The position numbers were made by a program, and so were the translations under genes. Below the pieces are notes generated by a model. It saw nothing but the letters and a program-made list of their open reading frames with translations. It had not been told where the DNA came from and made no database searches. From contig PULR01000002.1 in assembly GCA_003551005.1 (NCBI GenBank), forward strand, positions 53,809 to 117,808: a stretch of DNA of 64,000 bases. Reading direction: 5' to 3'. The stretch's first letter is position 1. Each line of letters starts with the position of its first letter. This stretch comes from Mollicutes bacterium. GTDB lineage: Bacteria > Bacillota_I > Bacilli_A > Izemoplasmatales > Izemoplasmataceae. Shown one piece after another: positions 42,591 through 55,954 of this stretch.

Positions 42591-42619
42591 ATTATATAAC
42601 ACAGGTCCAGGCGTGTCAA
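42591..42619 (-). promoter_or_regulatory. promoter of the rpsL-rpsG-fusA-tuf operon
   Basis: Minus strand TTGACA (42619-42614), 17 nt, TATAAT (42596-42591). Perfect consensus. Confidence 0.65.
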
Positions 42620-42633
42620 CAATTCCCCGTGGA

Positions 42634-42665
42634 ATTCGGGGGTCGGCAACCGCCGCCCCCCGAAT
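42634..42665 (-). terminator. GC-rich hairpin after rpoC with no U-tract (atypical terminator or stability element)
   Basis: ATTCGGGGG.CGGC-loop-GCCG.CCCCCGAAT, 13 bp with one mismatch. Confidence 0.3.
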
Positions 42666-42683
42666 CATTCAAGGCGCGTTGTT

Positions 42684-46481
<3,798 letters not shown>

Positions 46482-46500
46482 GCAATCACCTTATCCTTGA

Positions 46501-49500
46501 TTAGGAATTAAACCCGTATCGCTGTTGGTAATCCTGTTCTGTCGAATCGTCGACGAGACTTTTGCGGGCCTCGTTCTGGCTGGTCTCGCTGTTGATCAGC
46601 TCGACATAGATGCCGATGGACTGCAGTTCGCGTGTCAGTACGCGGAACGACTCGGGGAGCGAGGGGTCGGGGATACTCTTGCCGTCCACAATCGAACGGA
46701 ACACCTTGTTCCTGCCGATGATGTCGTCACTCTTGACAGTGAGCATCTCCTGCAGGCAATAGGCCGCCCCGTAGGCCTCCAGCGCCCAGACCTCCATCTC
46801 GCCGAAGCGCTGGCCGCCGTTTTGGGCCTTGCCGCCCATCGGCTGCTGGGTCACGAGGGTGTAGGGTCCGACGCTCCGGGCGTGAAGCTTGTCGTCAACC
46901 ATGTGGTCGAGCTTGATCATGTGCATCAGCCCGACCGCGACATCGTTGTCGTAGCGTTCACCGGTCAGTCCTGAATAGAGCGGGGTCTTGCCGTTATCGC
47001 TCATGCCCGCTTCCTTCATGATGGCTTCGAGGTCGTCGTTCTCCACCCCGTCGAAAACCGGAGAAGCGATGTGTTCGCCGAGCTTTTCCGCGGCGAGACC
47101 GAGGTGGATTTCAAGGACCTGGCCGATGTTCATCCGCGAGGGGACACCAAGCGGATTCAACATGATGTCGACCGGGCGGCCATCGGGAAGGAAGGGCATG
47201 TCCTCCTCGGGGAGAATCTTGGAGATGACGCCCTTGTTGCCGTGGCGTCCGGCCATCTTGTCCCCTTCAGCGATCTTCCGTTTCTGGATGATGTAGACGC
47301 GGACGACTTCCTTCGCGCCGGGCGGCAGTTCATCTCCGGCTTCGCGGGAGAAATGCTTGACGTTCTGGACGATGCCGCCACCGCCGTGCGGGACGCGTAG
47401 CGACGTATCGCGCTGCTCATGGGCCTTCTTGCCGAATATCGCACCGAGGAGCTTGTCCTCGGGGGTTTCATCCGTGTGACCCTTGGGCGTGATCTTGCCG
47501 ACGAGGATGTCCCCCTCCTTGACTTCGGCGCCGGGGATGACGATGCCTTGCTCATCAAGGAACCGTCGACCCCGCTCGCCCACGTTGGGCACTTCGCGGG
47601 TGATCTCTTCGTCGCCGAGCTTGGTCTCGCGCGCTTCGGCGTCGTATTTCTCGATGTGTATGGAAGTATACGTGTCGTCCCTGACGAGCCGTTCGCTGAG
47701 AATCACTGCGTCTTCGTAGTTGTAGCCGTTCCAGGTCATGAAGGCGACCGTCACGTCACGTCCGAGAGCGAGCTCCCCTTGTTCCATGGACGGTCCGTCG
47801 GCGATGATCTCCCCGGCCTTGACGGTATCGCCCGTTTCGACAATCGGGTATTGGTTGAACGTCGTCCCCTGGTTGCTGCGTTCGAACTTGGAAAGTTCGT
47901 AGGTATAGCGACCGCCATCCTCTTCGTCGACGACGATGCGGTTGGCGTCGACATACGTCACTTCGCCACCCTTGCGGGCGAAGTGGCAGGCGCCGGAATC
48001 CTTGGCTGCTTTGTATTCGATGCCCGTACCCACACGTGGCGCGCGGGGTTTGAGCAGAGGAATCGCCTGCCGCTGCATGTTGGCTCCCATCAAGGCACGG
48101 TTGGCGTCATCGTGCTCGAGGAAAGGGATGCAGGCCGTGGAGACTGAGACAATCTGCTTTGGCGAGACATCGATGAGGTCAAGGTCCTCCTTGGCGTGCA
48201 TCTTCGTCTCACCGCCTCTACGCGCGACGACGTTGTCTTCTACGATGCGGCCGTCCGCATCGAGCTCGATGTTCGCCTGCCCGATGGTGTAGCCGTCCTC
48301 CTCATCAGCGGTCAGATAGACGTATTCATCGGAGAGATAAAGCTCGACATCGCCATCCTTAGCCTCTTTGCGTTCAATCTTATGGTAGGGCGTCTCGATG
48401 AGACCGTACTTGTTGACCCGGACATAGGTCGATAGCGAGTTGATCAAGCCGATGTTCTGACCCTCGGGGGTCTCAATCGGACAGATCCGCCCGTAGTGTG
48501 AATAGTGGACGTCACGGACTTCGAAACCGGCACGGTCCCGTGTCAGTCCGCCGGGGCCGAGGGCGGAGATACGACGTTTATGGGTGATTTCGTCCAGGGG
48601 GTTCGTCTGGCTCATGAACTGCGAAAGCTGCGAGGAGCCGAAGAACTCCTTCAAGGACGAGGTCAGGGGTCGGATGTTGATGAGATTCTGCGGCGTCATC
48701 TCCGATGTGTCGCGGGTGCTCATCCGGTCCTGGACATTCTTCTCAAGCTTCGAGAGTCCGATCCGGAACTGGTTCTTGAGCAGTTCGCCGATCAGCCGCA
48801 GCCGACGGTTGCCGAGATGGTCGATGTCGTCGAGATGGCCGTAATCATCCATCAGATTGAGATAATAGCTGATGCTCGCGAAGATGTCGGAAGGCGTCAG
48901 ATGCTCTTTCGTCTCCTCCGCATCGTTGCCGATCACACGCAGCGAGACTTCTTCGTCCTCGTCGTTGACGTGCTTGATGTCGAGCATCTCCACACGGGCC
49001 AGCCGGAGCTCGAGCTCATCTCTTGATAGAGTGTCGTTGATGCTCTCAAGCAGGCGGTCGTAAGCGTCCTGTCCCTCTTTTTCGATGTATGCCTCGCGGG
49101 TCATGCCGAGACTCTGCAGATAGCCGCGGGCATATGTTTCGGCGTCTTCAAAGATCTGTGTGCGGATGGCCTCGAGCTTTTGTTCATTGCTGAGATGGTC
49201 GAAATACGGATTGCCATCGAGCACATCCAGTTGTTCTTGGAAATCGTAGTTGAGATCGTGCGCGAGCACACCCGGAAGCGTCCTGCGGAAACAATGCCGG
49301 TTCTTATCCAGAGTGGCTTCAACCTCGCGGTCGATGACGGTCCCCTTCTCGACGATGACCTCGCCGGTCTGAGGGTCGGTGACATCATGCATGAGCTTTT
49401 TGCCGCGGACGTTGTTGAGGACGTTGAGCTTCTTGTTCAGTTTGTAGCGTCCGACCTTGGCCAGCTCGTAGCGCTTGTCGTCGAACAAACGGCTGACAAA

Positions 49501-50265
49501 AAACTTGACGGCGCCATCGACGGTGGCAGTCTCGCCCTGTCTGAGTTTCGAATAGACTTCAAGGATCGCCTCTTCGGGAGATTCCGTGGTGTCCTTTTCG
49601 AGAGTCTGCTGTAGATAGGGGTGTTCGCGGTACAGTTCGAGAATATCCTCTTCATACCGAAGACCGACCGCACGCAAAAGGACGGTGAGGGGGATTTTCT
49701 TCGAACGGTCCAGTTTGACGTTGAGGATGTTCTTGGTATCGGTCTCGTATTCCAACCAGGCGCCCCGGTTAGGGATGATCTGGCCGAGGTAGCGGCTCTT
49801 CAGTGTCTTCCGGTCGACTTCCTCGGAAAAAAAGACGCCTGCACTTCTCACAATCTGTGAGACGATCACGCGTTCGGATCCGTTGATGATGAAGGACGCC
49901 CTGTCTGTCATAAAGGGGAAATCGCCCATGAATATTTTCTGTCTTTGTATTTCGCCGGTCGAATGGTTGACAAGCTTCACTCCGACACGGAGCGGCTTGG
50001 CATAAGTGAGTTCTTTCTCTCTGGCAACTTGAGCGGTGTGTTTGGGTTCGTCGAACTCGATGTCCTCGAATGAGAGTTCGAGGCCGCCAGTGAAGTTCTC
50101 GATCGGGGACACATCGTCCAGCAACTCTTCCAGCCCTTCTTCGATGAACCAATTGAACGAACTTGTCTGAACTTCGATGAGATTGGGTAGATCTACGCTG
50201 GACTTGACCCGGGAGTAGTTCCTGCGTTCCCTTTTCCTGCCGTATTTGACGACCTTGTAGCTCAA
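46501..50265 (-). CDS. rpoB: RNA polymerase beta subunit
   Basis: [10 protein letters not shown] and the SQLSQFM rif region. 1254 aa, TTG start. Confidence 0.98.
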   Translation of the reverse strand: MSYKVVKYGRKRERRNYSRVKSSVDLPNLIEVQTSSFNWFIEEGLEELLDDVSPIENFTGGLELSFEDIEFDEPKHTAQVAREKELTYAKPLRVGVKLVNHSTGEIQRQKIFMGDFPFMTDRASFIINGSERVIVSQIVRSAGVFFSEEVDRKTLKSRYLGQIIPNRGAWLEYETDTKNILNVKLDRSKKIPLTVLLRAVGLRYEEDILELYREHPYLQQTLEKDTTESPEEAILEVYSKLRQGETATVDGAVKFFVSRLFDDKRYELAKVGRYKLNKKLNVLNNVRGKKLMHDVTDPQTGEVIVEKGTVIDREVEATLDKNRHCFRRTLPGVLAHDLNYDFQEQLDVLDGNPYFDHLSNEQKLEAIRTQIFEDAETYARGYLQSLGMTREAYIEKEGQDAYDRLLESINDTLSRDELELRLARVEMLDIKHVNDEDEEVSLRVIGNDAEETKEHLTPSDIFASISYYLNLMDDYGHLDDIDHLGNRRLRLIGELLKNQFRIGLSKLEKNVQDRMSTRDTSEMTPQNLINIRPLTSSLKEFFGSSQLSQFMSQTNPLDEITHKRRISALGPGGLTRDRAGFEVRDVHYSHYGRICPIETPEGQNIGLINSLSTYVRVNKYGLIETPYHKIERKEAKDGDVELYLSDEYVYLTADEEDGYTIGQANIELDADGRIVEDNVVARRGGETKMHAKEDLDLIDVSPKQIVSVSTACIPFLEHDDANRALMGANMQRQAIPLLKPRAPRVGTGIEYKAAKDSGACHFARKGGEVTYVDANRIVVDEEDGGRYTYELSKFERSNQGTTFNQYPIVETGDTVKAGEIIADGPSMEQGELALGRDVTVAFMTWNGYNYEDAVILSERLVRDDTYTSIHIEKYDAEARETKLGDEEITREVPNVGERGRRFLDEQGIVIPGAEVKEGDILVGKITPKGHTDETPEDKLLGAIFGKKAHEQRDTSLRVPHGGGGIVQNVKHFSREAGDELPPGAKEVVRVYIIQKRKIAEGDKMAGRHGNKGVISKILPEEDMPFLPDGRPVDIMLNPLGVPSRMNIGQVLEIHLGLAAEKLGEHIASPVFDGVENDDLEAIMKEAGMSDNGKTPLYSGLTGERYDNDVAVGLMHMIKLDHMVDDKLHARSVGPYTLVTQQPMGGKAQNGGQRFGEMEVWALEAYGAAYCLQEMLTVKSDDIIGRNKVFRSIVDGKSIPDPSLPESFRVLTRELQSIGIYVELINSETSQNEARKSLVDDSTEQDYQQRYGFNS

Positions 50266-50335
50266 AATTATACACCCCGTTTGATATTAAAAAAATGATA
50301 GCAACACAAAAAAGCGCACGTTAACGCATTTTTAC

Positions 50336-50364
50336 ATTCTATCACTTTGGTGTCAACACGTCAA
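50336..50364 (-). promoter_or_regulatory. possible promoter for rpoBC
   Basis: Minus strand TTGACG (50364-50359), 17 nt, TAGAAT (50341-50336) with TG. A second TTGACA overlaps it. Confidence 0.45.
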
Positions 50365-50402
50365 TGTTTTTTTGCAACGATTGCTCGGGTGGCACAAGAG
50401 GA

Positions 50403-51014
50403 TCAGTCGACCGTGTCCAAAGGACGTGCTCGATAGACGTGAATGCCTTTGCGTCGATTCATACGTTCAATAGAGAAGCGTCCGCGCAGATGTCCCACCA
50501 GGCTCCTTGCACCTTGTTTCTTACGGACGACGATCCACAGCTCGCCATTCTCGGTAAGATGGTCCGCCGCTGCCTCAAGCATCGGATACAGTGCGGTCTT
50601 GCCGATGCGAATCGGCGGATTCGTGACGATGACGTCGAAACACTCGTCCTCCAGGGCGGAAAAGCCATCGCTATAGCGTACATCGGGGGTGACCCCGTGC
50701 GCCTTGGCATTCGCTTCAGCTAGTGTTAGTGCACGCTCGTTCACATCAATCAGCGTCGTCTTGAGGTCGTGGACGCATGAGAGGACGATGCCGATCGCTC
50801 CATATCCGCACCCCAGATCCAGCGCGTATCGCGCGTGCGGCGGGGGCGTGAACGTTTGTAGAAGCATGCGGGTCGCTTCGTCGAGTTTTCCTTTCGAGAA
50901 CACACCGGCGTCGCTATGGAATACGAACGTCCGGCCCGCATGATCGAATTGAACGGTCCGCTTCTGGCTGTCTGCCTGGGGATGACGGTCATAGTAATGA
51001 CTCATGCATGTCAC
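50403..51014 (-). CDS. class I SAM-dependent methyltransferase, RsmC/YbxB-like
   Basis: LDLGCGYG and VIVTNPPIRIGK motifs. Same position (rplL to rpoB) as B. subtilis ybxB. Confidence 0.8.
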   Translation of the reverse strand: MTCMSHYYDRHPQADSQKRTVQFDHAGRTFVFHSDAGVFSKGKLDEATRMLLQTFTPPPHARYALDLGCGYGAIGIVLSCVHDLKTTLIDVNERALTLAEANAKAHGVTPDVRYSDGFSALEDECFDVIVTNPPIRIGKTALYPMLEAAADHLTENGELWIVVRKKQGARSLVGHLRGRFSIERMNRRKGIHVYRARPLDTVD

Positions 51015-51022
51015 TCCGCCAT

Positions 51023-51056
51023 GAAAAGAGTAGACCCGGGCAAAATCGCCCGGGTC
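51023..51056 (-). terminator. terminator/attenuator after rplL
   Basis: Minus strand GACCCGGGC-GAUUUU-GCCCGGGUC followed by UACUCUUUUC. Confidence 0.55.
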
Positions 51057-51062
51057 CCGAAC

Positions 51063-51431
51063 TTACTTGACTTCGACAGTGGCGCCCGCTTCTTCGAGCT
51101 TCTCTTTGATTTCTTCAGCGTCGTCGGGGTCGATGTCTTCCTTGACGGGGCTCGGCGCGCCGTCAACGAGAGCTTTCGCTTCCTTGAGGCCGAGACCGGT
51201 GATTTCACGGATGACCTTGATGACGCCGATTTTCTTCGCACCGGCGCTCGTGAGCGTCACGGTCACTTCACTGGGCTCTTCCTCTTCCGCGCCGGCACCC
51301 GGTGCGGCGGCTGCCACGGCGGTCGGGTCGACACCGAACTCTTCCTTCATCGCCTCGACGAGCTCGTTGAGCTCGAGCAGCGTTTTTTCCTTGAGCGCTT
51401 CAATAATCTCTTCCGTAGTGAGCTTTGCCAT
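51063..51431 (-). CDS. rplL: 50S ribosomal protein L7/L12
   Basis: Ala-rich hinge and a C-terminal [15 protein letters not shown]. Confidence 0.96.
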   Translation of the reverse strand: MAKLTTEEIIEALKEKTLLELNELVEAMKEEFGVDPTAVAAAAPGAGAEEEEPSEVTVTLTSAGAKKIGVIKVIREITGLGLKEAKALVDGAPSPVKEDIDPDDAEEIKEKLEEAGATVEVK

Positions 51432-51448
51432 GATTTTTCCTCCTTCAA

Positions 51449-51955
51449 TTATCCGTTATCTTGTTCCTGCAAGTTTTCAGCGTGCATGTTCAGCGCGATG
51501 GCGATGTTGCGGACGGGCTGCAGGAGTCCGCCGGCGAACATGGTGAGCAGCTCCTCGCGCGAGGGGATGCTGGCAATCTTCTGGATGTACTCGTTGTCCA
51601 TGTACTCTTCGTCGACGTAACCGGCCTTGAGTTCGATATCCGGATGTTCCTTCGCGAACTCGTAGACGGTCTTGGCTGCCGATACGCTGTCTTCATAGGA
51701 GAAGACGACGGCGTTGGGCCCCTCGACATGCTGGGTCAGTTCCTGATAGCCAGCAGCCTCGGCCGCTCGACGGATGATGTTGTTCTTGATGACCTGCATC
51801 CGGCAGTCATTCTCACGAAGCCTGGTTCTGAGTGCGTCGGCCTCCGATACGTCCAGTCCGAGATAATCGACGAGGACGACCGAATTGGCATCGCGCATCT
51901 GTTCAGCTAGCGCTTCGACCTGTTGCTTTTTCTTTTCGATCGCTTTTGATGACAA
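51449..51955 (-). CDS. rplJ: 50S ribosomal protein L10
   Basis: [15 protein letters not shown]... TTG at 51955 with AGGAGGTG 5-7 nt upstream. The track ORF extension to 52294 is leader, not protein. Confidence 0.92.
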   Translation of the reverse strand: MSSKAIEKKKQQVEALAEQMRDANSVVLVDYLGLDVSEADALRTRLRENDCRMQVIKNNIIRRAAEAAGYQELTQHVEGPNAVVFSYEDSVSAAKTVYEFAKEHPDIELKAGYVDEEYMDNEYIQKIASIPSREELLTMFAGGLLQPVRNIAIALNMHAENLQEQDNG

Positions 51956-52121
51956 GATTCCACCTCCTGGTATGTGGCAATGAAAAGCCCTCTTCTGTCT
52001 GAAGACAAAAGAGGGCGTGGAAGCCTGGCTTCTTTTGTCTGCCTGGGATATTAAGCGTGGTGCGCACCCAGGGTCTTCGACAGAATATGTCAATGCTTTT
52101 TTGTGATACGTCGCTATTATC
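51956..52121 (-). promoter_or_regulatory. rplJ (L10) leader with a terminator/antiterminator pair
   Basis: 14-bp terminator stem (52016-52003 / 52000-51987) plus UUUUC. Upstream AGACAAAAGA (52040-52031) can pair with the terminator 5' arm instead. Confidence 0.55.
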
Positions 52122-52814
52122 CTACAAAACGCTACGTGTGTCAACCTGGACACCAGGTGACATGGTCGTCGAAAGCACGAGATTCTTGATAAAGACGCCT
52201 TTAACGGTCGAGGGGCGCAGCCGCTTGATGGTCTCGTAGAAAGAACGGATATTCTCGATAAGCTGTTCATCGCTGAACGAACGGCGACCGACAATCAGGT
52301 GCAAATTCCCGACCTTGTCGACACGATATTCAACCTTGCCGGCCTTTGTCTCTTCGACGGCAGTCTTGACATCGTCGGTGACGGTGCCGGTCTTCGGATT
52401 CGGCATGAGGCCCTTCGGGCCAAGAATCCTTCCCAGCTTGCCGACTTTCGGCATCATATCAGGCGCAGCGATGGCGGCATCGAAATCCAGCCAGCCTTGC
52501 TGGATCTGTTCGACGAGATCGTCGTCGCCGACATAATCGGCGCCGGCGGCTTCAGCTTCTTTCGCCTTCTCGCCCTGCGCGAAGACGACGACGCGTTTTG
52601 ACTTCCCGGTGCCATGCGGCAGCACAATAGCACCGCGGATGTTCTGGTCCGCCTTGCGGGGGTCGACATTGAGGCGCATCGCGGCTTCAACGGCCGGATC
52701 GAAGGATTCATAGGAGATATCCTTCACGAGTGATACGGCGGATTCGAGATCGTAGGCTTTCGAACGATCGACTTTCTCAAGGGCCGCCTTGTATTTTTTG
52801 CTTTGTTTGGCCAT
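52122..52814 (-). CDS. rplA: 50S ribosomal protein L1
   Basis: [16 protein letters not shown]...[11 protein letters not shown]. Confidence 0.97.
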   Translation of the reverse strand: MAKQSKKYKAALEKVDRSKAYDLESAVSLVKDISYESFDPAVEAAMRLNVDPRKADQNIRGAIVLPHGTGKSKRVVVFAQGEKAKEAEAAGADYVGDDDLVEQIQQGWLDFDAAIAAPDMMPKVGKLGRILGPKGLMPNPKTGTVTDDVKTAVEETKAGKVEYRVDKVGNLHLIVGRRSFSDEQLIENIRSFYETIKRLRPSTVKGVFIKNLVLSTTMSPGVQVDTRSVL

Positions 52815-52877
52815 GGTTTTCCTCCTTGTGGTCTGACGGATAGTTTTCCTCCCACAATGCTGTAGGGGTGATGCGCG

Positions 52878-53306
52878 TCAATCTTCCTTGACGGTGATGC
52901 CCATGTTGCGTGCGGAGCCTTCGACGATGCGCATGGCGGCTTCGATGTCGTTGGCGTTGAGGTCCGGCATCTTGGTCTCCGCGATTTCACGCACTTGCTC
53001 GCGCGTGACGGTTCCGACTTTCTCAGTCAGCGGGTTGCTCGCTCCTTTTTCCACACCGGCTGCCTTGAGCAGCAAATCCGCCGCCGGCGGCGTCTTGGTG
53101 ATGAACGTGAAGGAGCGGTCCTTGTAGACGGTGATCTCCACAGGGATGATATTCCCCATCTGGTCGCGTGTTTTCTCGTTGAACTTCGTGCAGAAGTCCT
53201 GGATATTCACGCCGGCCTGGCCGAGCGCCGGGCCTACCGGGGGTGCGGGGTTCGCCTTTCCTGCGGGAATCTGTAGCTTCACGACAGTTGATACATCTTT
53301 CGCCAC
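52878..53306 (-). CDS. rplK: 50S ribosomal protein L11
   Basis: [31 protein letters not shown] at 53306 with GAGGAGGTG 7 nt upstream. Confidence 0.95.
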   Translation of the reverse strand: MAKDVSTVVKLQIPAGKANPAPPVGPALGQAGVNIQDFCTKFNEKTRDQMGNIIPVEITVYKDRSFTFITKTPPAADLLLKAAGVEKGASNPLTEKVGTVTREQVREIAETKMPDLNANDIEAAMRIVEGSARNMGITVKED

Positions 53307-53367
53307 GATTGTACACCTCCTCATTTACGTGATGTGGTCAAACGGATGCATTTGGCACCCTCCCACT

Positions 53368-53398
53368 CAAAAAACAAGCATGGCGCAAGGGCCACGCT
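53368..53398 (-). terminator. hairpin plus U-run between nusG and rplK, abutting the rplK -10 box
   Basis: Minus strand AGCGUGGC-CCUUGC-GCCAUGCU (one G-U pair) followed by UGUUUUUUG. Confidence 0.4.
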
Positions 53399-53427
53399 AT
53401 TATACCCTTTTACGCAGTGCAAGTCAA
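53399..53427 (-). promoter_or_regulatory. promoter for rplKA
   Basis: Minus strand TTGACT (53427-53422), 17 nt, TATAAT (53404-53399). Confidence 0.6.
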
Positions 53428-53442
53428 CGGCTGCTGCCGAAT

Positions 53443-53994
53443 TCAGACATTGGTGTCGATCTCATCGAAAGTGAGCTGGGCCGGAGTTTCGCGACCGAAC
53501 ATCTCGACGAGCACGGTGACAACGGAACGCTCGTGGTCGACATTCTCGACCACACCGAGCTGGTTCATGAATGGTCCGGCTGTGACCCGCACCTTCTGAC
53601 CGACCTCGACGTCGAGCTTAGGCGTCTCAAGCAGTCCCACCCGTTTCAGGATCGGGTTGATCTCCTCGGGGGGGAGGGGAACGGGTTTCGTCCCGCCACC
53701 GCTTGAGCCAAGGAACCCTGTCACGCCCGGTGTGTTGCGGACAACAAACCAGGAATCATCCGTGACAATCATCTCGATGAAGACATAGCCGGGATAGACT
53801 TTCTCTACCTTTTCCTTCGTCGTCCCATCCGCTTTCTTCTCACGTTTGATCTGCTCAGGGATGACAACCTGGAAAATCTTGTCCTCCATCTGCATCGATT
53901 CAATACGGCGTTCAAGATTGACCTTGACGGAATTCTCCTGCCCGGAGTATGTCTGGACAATGAACCAGTTTCTTTCCTTCTGCGCGTCGCTCAT
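53443..53994 (-). CDS. nusG: transcription termination/antitermination factor NusG
   Basis: NWFIVQTYSGQENSV NGN domain and a C-terminal KOW. Confidence 0.96.
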   Translation of the reverse strand: MSDAQKERNWFIVQTYSGQENSVKVNLERRIESMQMEDKIFQVVIPEQIKREKKADGTTKEKVEKVYPGYVFIEMIVTDDSWFVVRNTPGVTGFLGSSGGGTKPVPLPPEEINPILKRVGLLETPKLDVEVGQKVRVTAGPFMNQLGVVENVDHERSVVTVLVEMFGRETPAQLTFDEIDTNV

Positions 53995-53996
53995 CG

Positions 53997-54422
53997 TCAG
54001 TACGCCCCTATGTCATAGAGGAACTCGAAGATGGGCTGATAGATGAAATCATACAGGATGAACATCAAGGACAGCAGGATGATGAAACCGAAGACGCGGG
54101 CGGTTTGGTTGCTCATCAGAGACCGGTTCGGCCAGGTCACGCGGCGCATCTCCTTGAGGCCGGGAACGAAGAAAGGCGCCAGGCTGACCAGGATGGCCGT
54201 GAGGCCGATGAGCATGACGAGGACGGAGAACACGCCAATCCTGAAGGAAGTGGCGAAGATCCACCAATGCGTCAGCTGAATCGCCAGAACCTCGCCCTCG
54301 AAAATATAGACGCCGAGGACCAGCACGGCAATGCCTAAAACACCGAGGAGCAAGCCCTCGAAAGGATATTCCTTTTTCAGGATCTCCATGACTTTGGAAA
54401 TTTTCTGTGTCTTGTCTTCCAT
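53997..54422 (-). CDS. secE: preprotein translocase SecE, long multi-TM form
   Basis: C-terminal LKEMRRVTWPNRSLMSNQTARVFGFIILL matches the SecE core, preceded by two or more extra TM helices. Located in the rpmG-secE-nusG context. Confidence 0.8.
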   Translation of the reverse strand: MEDKTQKISKVMEILKKEYPFEGLLLGVLGIAVLVLGVYIFEGEVLAIQLTHWWIFATSFRIGVFSVLVMLIGLTAILVSLAPFFVPGLKEMRRVTWPNRSLMSNQTARVFGFIILLSLMFILYDFIYQPIFEFLYDIGAY

Positions 54423-54434
54423 AGCGAAACGCTC

Positions 54435-54581
54435 CTATTTGCTTTCTTTGTGGGTCGTGTGACGGTTGCACCGTCGACAGAACTTCTTGACCTCGAGTCG
54501 CCGTTTCTCATCAGGGTGCTTGCTCGCTTTGTAGTTTCTCGAGAAACAGACTTCACAGATCAAGCGTACTTCTTTGCGCAT
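54435..54581 (-). CDS. rpmG: 50S ribosomal protein L33 (48 aa; not in the ORF track)
   Basis: Hand translation gives [48 protein letters not shown], with a CxxC...CxxC zinc ribbon. Confidence 0.9.
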   Translation of the reverse strand: MRKEVRLICEVCFSRNYKASKHPDEKRRLEVKKFCRRCNRHTTHKESK

Positions 54582-54607
54582 GTCTAATCACAACCTTGCA
54601 ACTTAAC

Positions 54608-54636
54608 ACTTTACCAAATAGAGGGCTCGGTGTCAA
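54608..54636 (-). promoter_or_regulatory. possible promoter for rpmG-secE-nusG
   Basis: Minus strand TTGACA (54636-54631), 17 nt, TAAAGT (54613-54608). Confidence 0.45.
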
Positions 54637-54639
54637 TCA

Positions 54640-55179
54640 TTAATCCTCGAAATAGGCCTTTATTTTGGCCTTCGCACGGTGCAGGGCGTTGTAGGCGCCC
54701 TTGGTCCCTAGATTGTTCTTTCGGGCGATCGTCTTGAAATCGAGTCTTTTCAGCTCGCGACCGACATAGACGGCATATTCCACCGGGGAGAGAAGCCGCT
54801 GGATTTCCCCTAGGTGCAACGAGTAATAGACGTTTCTCTCACCAAGACAATGATTGTTCTCCGCTATGTCGTTAAGATATTGCGCGGTAATGCGGCTGCG
54901 ACGCTTCCGCTTCTCGATAAAGCTGATCAAATGGCGTTCGATATTCATCTCGAGATACCGAGTGAATGTCTTCCGGAAATGCTCATTGAAAGAACAGACC
55001 GAGCGATGGATGATGATGAGACATTCCTGGTATAAATCGTCGTACTCATAGGCGAGGTTGAACTTATGAATCTTCTTCGAAATCAGGCGGGAATAGTTCG
55101 CGACGAGGAGTGCGAAAGCATCCTCGTCGCCTTGACGGATGCGGTCGATGATTTCGTAGTCGTTATGTTCCCTTTCCAT
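54640..55179 (-). CDS. sigH: sigma-70-family sigma factor, SigH-like by synteny
   Basis: Region 2 (DEDAFALLVANYSRLI...YDDLYQECLI) and region 4 HTH. It occupies the sigH slot between rlmB and rpmG. Confidence 0.7.
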   Translation of the reverse strand: MEREHNDYEIIDRIRQGDEDAFALLVANYSRLISKKIHKFNLAYEYDDLYQECLIIIHRSVCSFNEHFRKTFTRYLEMNIERHLISFIEKRKRRSRITAQYLNDIAENNHCLGERNVYYSLHLGEIQRLLSPVEYAVYVGRELKRLDFKTIARKNNLGTKGAYNALHRAKAKIKAYFED

Positions 55180-55879
55180 GGCTCCCCTTTCTTCGGGTTA
55201 CGTCGTATAGCGCGATGCCGGCACTGACACTGACGTTCAGGCTGTTCAGGCGGCCCTGCATGGGAATGTGGGCGAGAAAGTCGCACTTCTTGCGGACTGA
55301 TGAGCGTAGCCCCTTATGTTCGCTGCCGAGGATGAGGCAAAGCGGCATATCAACAGGGACTGCTTCAAGTGCCAGGTCGGTTTCCATCTCGAGGCCGATG
55401 ATCCAGAAACCCTTGCTTTGGAGTTTCAGGATGGCCTGGTTGAGATTCGTCTCCCGGATGATTTCGACATGTTCGACGGCCCCGGCGGAGACTTTGACAG
55501 CCGCAGCGGACAGCGGTGCGCTCCGTCGTTTCTGAACGATGACGCCGTCCGCACCGAAGACCTCGGCGCTGCGCAGCACGGCACCGAAGTTATGGGGGTC
55601 CTCGACACCATCAAGCATCAGGAAGACGCTGGCGTCCCCTTTTGCGAGCACCGCGTCAAGACTGGCCTCGCGATAAGGCTCAACCTTCGCCGCGAATCCC
55701 TGGTGCCCTTCACCGAAACGCTCATCCATTTCCTCGCGGGAGAACCGGACAATCTCTGCCCCGGTTTGTTCTAACCGGGTGATAAGCCAGTCCTCGCGCC
55801 GCTTCTGGATATAGACAGCCTCGATCCGCCTGCCGGCTCTGAGTGCTTCCCAAACCGGATTCCTGCCATGAATCATCAC
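55163..55879 (-). CDS. rlmB: 23S rRNA (guanosine-2'-O)-methyltransferase RlmB/YacO (SpoU family)
   Basis: HGRNPVWEAL N-terminal domain and a SpoU C-terminus with LILGSEHKGL and PMQGRLNSLNVSVSAGI. Confidence 0.88.
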   Translation of the reverse strand: MMIHGRNPVWEALRAGRRIEAVYIQKRREDWLITRLEQTGAEIVRFSREEMDERFGEGHQGFAAKVEPYREASLDAVLAKGDASVFLMLDGVEDPHNFGAVLRSAEVFGADGVIVQKRRSAPLSAAAVKVSAGAVEHVEIIRETNLNQAILKLQSKGFWIIGLEMETDLALEAVPVDMPLCLILGSEHKGLRSSVRKKCDFLAHIPMQGRLNSLNVSVSAGIALYDVTRRKGSHGKGT

Positions 55880-55954
55880 GCTACCACCTTCAGACTAACA
55901 GGCCTCTGCAAAGGAGACCGGCAGAAAAATCGGTGAAACCTGTTGCTGCGAAAA

